Source of the DNA: a virus | IMG/VR virus record: IMGVR_UViG_3300020469_005214 | Coordinates: 1 to 64,000 of that record | Length of the DNA stretch: 64,000 nucleotides | Reading direction: 5' to 3' (one strand) | Shown: positions 60,023-64,000 of the stretch, one piece after another | Layout: the number at the start of each line of letters is the position of its first letter | How positions within the stretch are numbered: position 1 is the stretch's first letter | Program-made: the position numbers and the translations under genes | Notes under the pieces: model-generated | Told to the model about the DNA's origin: nothing | The model's input: the letters and a program-made list of their open reading frames with translations, nothing else | Databases searched by the model: none

Positions 60023-61117
60023 TTATAAAATATTTTCTAGTATTTTATCAGCCATCTTCTCATAAGAAAACTCATTTGTCAAGTTATTTTTTTTATTTTT
60101 TGACTTTAATGCATTTTTTATTTGTTTTACCATATCTTCTTCTTCAAAGTCATAAATATTTCCAGCATTAAAGGGTGCCTGACTGTTAAAAAACATTCCG
60201 TCGTCTGCAGAAATTTTACCACTAGAATTTACAATCCAACAATTATCTTCATTAGCCCATTCTTTTATACCAGAATTGTGGTGAACTACTGCCTTTTTGC
60301 CGATTCCAGCCATATGAAAAGATGGCAGAGACCAACTTTCGCCACCAGAGCCATCAACCACAACGTCTGCTATATTATAGCATTTGTTTAATTCGATTAA
60401 TTGTGGAAAATGTCCCATTAAAACAAAATTATCTGGGAGCTTACCACCACAAGCCTCTTGAATTACCTGAAGATTTATTGCATTACATCTCTCAGGATTT
60501 TGTTGATCGTAAAAAGGATTAAAGACATGTAGATGTATTTTGAACTTAGAATTATTTCCCCAATTTTCCGACAATAATTTGATCATCTTAGCTGTCCGCT
60601 TACGGTGCTCAAATTTACCAGCTAATGCAATAACGGTAGGATTGTCTTGGTAAGGTTCTACTTCTACAGGTTTAAATGCAAGAGAATTGTATCCAAGCGG
60701 AATGGTAGAGATATTTTTTACACCGTATTCTTTTCCAACGTTTTCAGTAAAACTACAGGGAGAAAAAACCTTTTCAAAGTTGTTTAAAATATTTTTTTCG
60801 GTTTTTGTCATTTGATCAACTTCGTGAAAAAAGTATAGAAAATTGTTTTTTCCTACTGATTCAAAACTACCATTTATATGCCAAAGTTTTAAACTTGGAT
60901 CGCTTGATTTAAATTCTGATTGAGCTTTGCCACAACAGTGATGAAGCCATTTTGTGAAATCTTCAGGAAGAAGCCCGTCAAAAGAAGATATGTCTGGATT
61001 ACCAATTAAAAAAATATTTGGCTCTAACTTTTTCAAAAAGAACTCATAGAGCATATTTGTTGAAACCTGTCCGAGGCTTGTAGGATTAATTGGAACTTGT
61101 AAGTTGAATTGAGTCAT
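60023..61117 (-). CDS. GT-B (GT4-like) glycosyltransferase
   Basis: IPLGYN, GKFEHRK, YNIAD...SGGESWSLP. Confidence 0.85.
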   Translation of the reverse strand: MTQFNLQVPINPTSLGQVSTNMLYEFFLKKLEPNIFLIGNPDISSFDGLLPEDFTKWLHHCCGKAQSEFKSSDPSLKLWHINGSFESVGKNNFLYFFHEVDQMTKTEKNILNNFEKVFSPCSFTENVGKEYGVKNISTIPLGYNSLAFKPVEVEPYQDNPTVIALAGKFEHRKRTAKMIKLLSENWGNNSKFKIHLHVFNPFYDQQNPERCNAINLQVIQEACGGKLPDNFVLMGHFPQLIELNKCYNIADVVVDGSGGESWSLPSFHMAGIGKKAVVHHNSGIKEWANEDNCWIVNSSGKISADDGMFFNSQAPFNAGNIYDFEEEDMVKQIKNALKSKNKKNNLTNEFSYEKMADKILENIL

Positions 61118-61147
61118 ATTTTTAATGTTTTAATTAATGTTTTCTTG

Positions 61148-61687
61148 TTAACACATTTCTTTTGTTAAAATTTTCTTAAATCTATTGATTTGGCGATTAT
61201 ATTTTTGTCTAACCCATTCATAGCTATATTTACCATCAAATAGGTCTTCGATTTCTTTTAAAGTATGACCCTCTAATCTTTTGATTAATATAAATCTATC
61301 CTCTTTATCAGAAATATTGTCTTTAACGTATTTATAAATCTCTTCCATATCAGAATTATAATCCTCATTTCCATCCCAATCATTTATTTCTGACGTTTTT
61401 TTACTGCGAGACATGTAGTTGTGACAAGTCCAAAAGGTTTTATTACCCAACCAAGTATTAAATTGACCCTTTTCGGCTTTATATTCTTTTGCTACTTCAT
61501 AAAAAAAGGTCATAGGATTTTGTTCTAAATCTCTAACTTCCATTATGTTATGAAATTTTCTTGCTTTTTGATGAAATATACCAGAATGCCTATTTTGAAG
61601 TTCTTCTAGACAGCCAGAAACTTCAATATTTTCCTTAATATTAGAAGTCAATTCTGTATCTGAAAGCTTAGAGATCTCTGGAATCAT
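61148..61687 (-). CDS. Phage-encoded sigma70-family RNA polymerase sigma factor
   Basis: Region 2-like (EYKAEKGQFNTWL) and region 4 HTH (EGHTLKEI...SYEWVRQ); 179 aa. Confidence 0.8.
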   Translation of the reverse strand: MIPEISKLSDTELTSNIKENIEVSGCLEELQNRHSGIFHQKARKFHNIMEVRDLEQNPMTFFYEVAKEYKAEKGQFNTWLGNKTFWTCHNYMSRSKKTSEINDWDGNEDYNSDMEEIYKYVKDNISDKEDRFILIKRLEGHTLKEIEDLFDGKYSYEWVRQKYNRQINRFKKILTKEMC

Positions 61688-61692
61688 GCACT

Positions 61693-61720
61693 AGTATCTA
61701 TTGAATTATAAATAATTCAA
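61693..61720 (-). promoter_or_regulatory. Sigma70-like promoter TTGAAT-N16-GATACT, ATG 5 nt downstream
   Basis: Sequence match; leaderless geometry. Confidence 0.6.
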
Positions 61721-62152
61721 CTATTTTTTTAACTCGTCAAGATGAGTATGAGGATCTTTTCCGTTTGGGTATCTTTCAATTACTTCGGCGGTTTTTTTGT
61801 TTAACTCTTGAATCCATCCATCTTTTACTTTGGGTGGTCTATCATCTGTAAATTTTTCATTTATCATCGAATCTCTCATAACTGCAAGACAAGATAAAGC
61901 TTTTGTAATGTGAGACAGTCCGCTGTCTGGATCAATATCCTCTCCTTCCCACCAAGCCATCAAATGCCTCATCGCGGCATCGTAATAAATCGAAGCCTTA
62001 ACTCCAATTACTCTATAATTGTGTCTTCCGTATTTTCTATCTCCCTCTAACATGGCGAGTCCCATTTCCATTAATACTGGTGCTGAAACTGTTGACATAG
62101 GAACCTTTTTACATCCAACGGCATCTTTAGGGTTTGAATCTTTAATAATCAT
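61721..62152 (-). CDS. dATP/dGTP diphosphohydrolase-like protein (DUF5664-type)
   Basis: NPKDAVG.KK, GDRKYGRHNYR, YYDAAMRHL.AWWEGEDIDPDSGLSH. Confidence 0.85.
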   Translation of the reverse strand: MIIKDSNPKDAVGCKKVPMSTVSAPVLMEMGLAMLEGDRKYGRHNYRVIGVKASIYYDAAMRHLMAWWEGEDIDPDSGLSHITKALSCLAVMRDSMINEKFTDDRPPKVKDGWIQELNKKTAEVIERYPNGKDPHTHLDELKK

Positions 62153-62160
62153 ATTTACAA

Positions 62161-62235
62161 TATATAAACTATATTTTTAATTATGTCAAGTATTTAAAAC
62201 GTTTACTTGACATTAAACCCCTCTTACTATATATT
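62161..62235. promoter_or_regulatory. Divergent sigma70 promoters: TTGACA-N17-TATATA (-) and TTGACA-N17-TATATT (+)
   Basis: TGTCAA at 62184-62189; TTGACA at 62207-62212 and TATATT at 62230-62235; ATGs 7-8 nt downstream. Confidence 0.8.
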
Positions 62236-62242
62236 GTTTGAT

Positions 62243-62440
62243 ATGAAAATAAAAGGACAAGTAATTATTCACTTTAACATATTGGATTTAGACAATATTA
62301 CATCTGCAATTATGTGGGGAGATGACTTAAGTTCAGATGAAATAAAAAAAATATCAGAACACTTATCTTCTAAGAAAAAAATTATACAACAATCTCAAGT
62401 AATAGAAGATATGAAAAAGAAATATGAAGAAAAATATTAA
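62243..62440 (+). CDS. Hypothetical protein (start moved to ATG 62243)
   Basis: The track start TTG is the -35 box. Confidence 0.6.
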   Translation: MKIKGQVIIHFNILDLDNITSAIMWGDDLSSDEIKKISEHLSSKKKIIQQSQVIEDMKKKYEEKY

Positions 62441-62789
62441 AAATATTCCAAGGAAACCCTTAAGCGATTCTTTTAAGGGGATATGGATACCTAGGGCTGT
62501 ATGTCTAAATATAAGCCTGACTAATACGGAACAAAAATTAATGGGAGTTATTTATGCACTTTCTCAAACATCGGAAGCTCGTAAATATGGAGGATGTTTT
62601 GCTACAAATTCATATCTTGCAACTATTATGTCAACTAGCAAGGGTTCCATAGCAAAAATGCTTTCAGATTTAAGAAATAAGAAACAAATAAAAACCATTG
62701 ATAGTCAACACTCTATGAATGACAAAATAAGAGTTATACAAATTATAAGTTGTGTGAAAGACTTTAAAAAGGGGTTTAATGTAGGATGA
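62424..62789 (+). CDS. Winged-HTH protein like phage replication initiator N-terminal domains
   Basis: FKGIWIP..LTNTEQKL..GCFATNSYLA..SKGSIAKMLSDL. Confidence 0.7.
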   Translation: MKKNIKNIPRKPLSDSFKGIWIPRAVCLNISLTNTEQKLMGVIYALSQTSEARKYGGCFATNSYLATIMSTSKGSIAKMLSDLRNKKQIKTIDSQHSMNDKIRVIQIISCVKDFKKGFNVG

Positions 62790-62903
62790 TAGGGGGTTTA
62801 ATGTGTAGTAAACAAGTATTTAATAATATTAAACCATATAATATAGATATAGAAAGTATTATATTACATATAATACTAATATTCTTCGTTCCTCAGAATA
62901 TTA
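62771..62903. repeat. Iteron-like GGGGTTTAATGT direct repeats, AT-rich tract and hairpin; candidate origin
   Basis: Copies at 62771-62782 and 62793-62804; inverted copy at 62210-62221; 9-bp stem at 62877-62903. Confidence 0.5.
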
Positions 62904-62924
62904 AAATTAGTTTGAATTTAATGC

Positions 62925-62953
62925 TTGACTTATATTTTAAAACGAGTTATTAT
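62925..62953 (+). promoter_or_regulatory. Sigma70 promoter TTGACT-N17-TATTAT
   Basis: ATG 8 nt downstream at 62962. Confidence 0.75.
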
Positions 62954-62961
62954 CACAAATA

Positions 62962-63309
62962 ATGAAAAGAAATAGTTACTTATTATTTGAAGATGAATTC
63001 TACGACCAGTTTTCTGCAGATTCTGGAATTATCGCATTCTTCTCGTCAATGAAAAACTCAAAAGACCCAATAAAAGAGTTTGACGATGCCTTTGATTTCT
63101 GGGTTGAGCATCAGAAGAATACAGTTCAAAAAATTATTGAGGTTTCGTTAGATGTAAATAAAAACCCACAAAAGTATTCAAGAGAATACCAAGAAGTATA
63201 TGGAACCTTAGAGGTAGAAGACTATCACGAGGTTTCAAGCAAAGCTTTAAGAACTTTGAAAACTAAAATAAAGAATCAATTTGAAGAATTTTTGAAAAGA
63301 ACACAATAA
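62962..63309 (+). CDS. Hypothetical protein
   Basis: ORF after a promoter. Confidence 0.7.
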   Translation: MKRNSYLLFEDEFYDQFSADSGIIAFFSSMKNSKDPIKEFDDAFDFWVEHQKNTVQKIIEVSLDVNKNPQKYSREYQEVYGTLEVEDYHEVSSKALRTLKTKIKNQFEEFLKRTQ

Positions 63310-63317
63310 GCAAATTT

Positions 63318-63680
63318 ATGAATAAGATAGATATAGAAAAAATTAACAGACTTAAATCTCATAAAGATTTTTATCAATCCATGATAAATCAATTTTATAG
63401 CGAAGCCTTAGAGTTATATGATGGAAACGAAGATATTTTTATGGATTATTTTATGAATGATCTACAAAGTTTAGACGAAATCATAGATATTAAAAAAAAC
63501 AATGATGATGTTTCTGTTAGATTAACTCCAGTTACAAAACATAAAAATGGAGATATTTCATACACGTTTGAATATACTGAAAATTTTAAAGATAAACTAA
63601 TTGAAAACGGTATAGAAAACCCAACTGAAGAAGACATTGGGGAGCATATTCTAAAAAAAATAAAAAGCTTTCTAGATTAA
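63318..63680 (+). CDS. Hypothetical protein
   Basis: Operon context. Confidence 0.7.
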   Translation: MNKIDIEKINRLKSHKDFYQSMINQFYSEALELYDGNEDIFMDYFMNDLQSLDEIIDIKKNNDDVSVRLTPVTKHKNGDISYTFEYTENFKDKLIENGIENPTEEDIGEHILKKIKSFLD

Positions 63681-63683
63681 TTT

Positions 63684-64000
63684 ATGACTAAAATATCACT
63701 AGCTACATCTGCATTCAACATTGTTAAGAATGACTTTGACATTGAAGATGCTATTCAAAATTGGTCTCATTATGTTGATGAAATAGTTATTGCTACTATT
63801 CCAAGTGAAGACAATACGAGTGAATTACTTAATCAAATCAAAAATCAGTCTAAAATTGAAGTTAAAATTGTCGAGCTTGATGATTCTACTGACGTCGTTG
63901 GGTGGGATGGAAGAATTAAAAATGCGGCACACCAAGGATCAAGCCACGACATTGTTGTTCAAGTCGATCTTGACGAAAGAATGGGCGGTCAAACCGATGT
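63684..64000 (+). CDS. GT-A (GT2-like) glycosyltransferase, runs off window end (missing from ORF track)
   Basis: Hand translation MTKISLATSAFN...VDEIVIATIPSEDNT...KNAA...VQVDLDE (DxD motif). Confidence 0.8.
   Translation, partial: MTKISLATSAFNIVKNDFDIEDAIQNWSHYVDEIVIATIPSEDNTSELLNQIKNQSKIEVKIVELDDSTDVVGWDGRIKNAAHQGSSHDIVVQVDLDERMGGQTD

Larger units (their letters stand above)
1..64000. mobile_element. Segment of a large tailed dsDNA bacteriophage genome (virion module plus early/middle arm)
   Basis: Canonical gene order portal-protease-capsid-neck-tube-tape measure-tail tip; dense, translationally coupled genes; phage-type dUTPase, SSB, sigma factor; no housekeeping genes. Confidence 0.97.

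Noticed and set aside
62801-62962. 53-codon ORF after the HTH gene
   Set aside because: Low-complexity AT-rich sequence overlapping a hairpin and a promoter; more likely origin or regulatory DNA, or a degraded initiator tail
1-64000. Stop-codon reassignment, as in some large phages
   Set aside because: Long ORFs tile the window under the standard code, and TAG and TGA both end genes at sensible coupled junctions

Overview
The whole window is an AT-rich segment of a large tailed dsDNA phage (Caudoviricetes; no tail sheath gene is visible, so probably siphovirus-like). It holds an almost complete virion module on the + strand: portal, protease/scaffold, decoration protein, major capsid, neck, tail tube, a 1909-aa tape measure, chaperones and tail-tip/baseplate proteins. 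An inverted block at 26.6-35.8 kb carries a 2392-aa vWA-containing fibre. At least eight BspA-type leucine-rich-repeat (LRR) domains are spread over five genes at both ends of the module. The right arm (50.6-64 kb) carries early/middle genes: APS-kinase-like and cytidylyltransferase-like enzymes, a thermonuclease, four glycosyltransferases, SSB-like and SSAP-like proteins, dUTPase, a sigma factor, a dATP/dGTP diphosphohydrolase-like protein and an HTH initiator-like protein with iteron-like repeats. Main structure read directly from the DNA: (1) a candidate plug-and-socket display system, in which a gapless 20-aa 'LL[EQ]xxxxLLT[EQ]xxxNxxLE' peptide occurs on three unrelated virion proteins and a conserved 'DKKISEL' N-terminal anchor occurs on three interchangeable LRR proteins; (2) LRR units that share exact 27-56 bp blocks within and between genes, suggesting cassette shuffling; (3) a strict late promoter, TTTC[A/T]C-N16-TGTAA, in about 14 copies, one inside the protease gene ahead of a nested scaffold, with a phage sigma factor as candidate reader; (4) strong Ser/Thr-Gly enrichment in tail proteins alongside a glycosyltransferase/sulfation gene set; (5) a 12-bp repeat that links the initiator-like gene end with its own promoter. 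Family names are from recognition by eye, not database searches. No tRNA, rRNA, CRISPR array, integrase, terminase or reverse transcriptase was seen.
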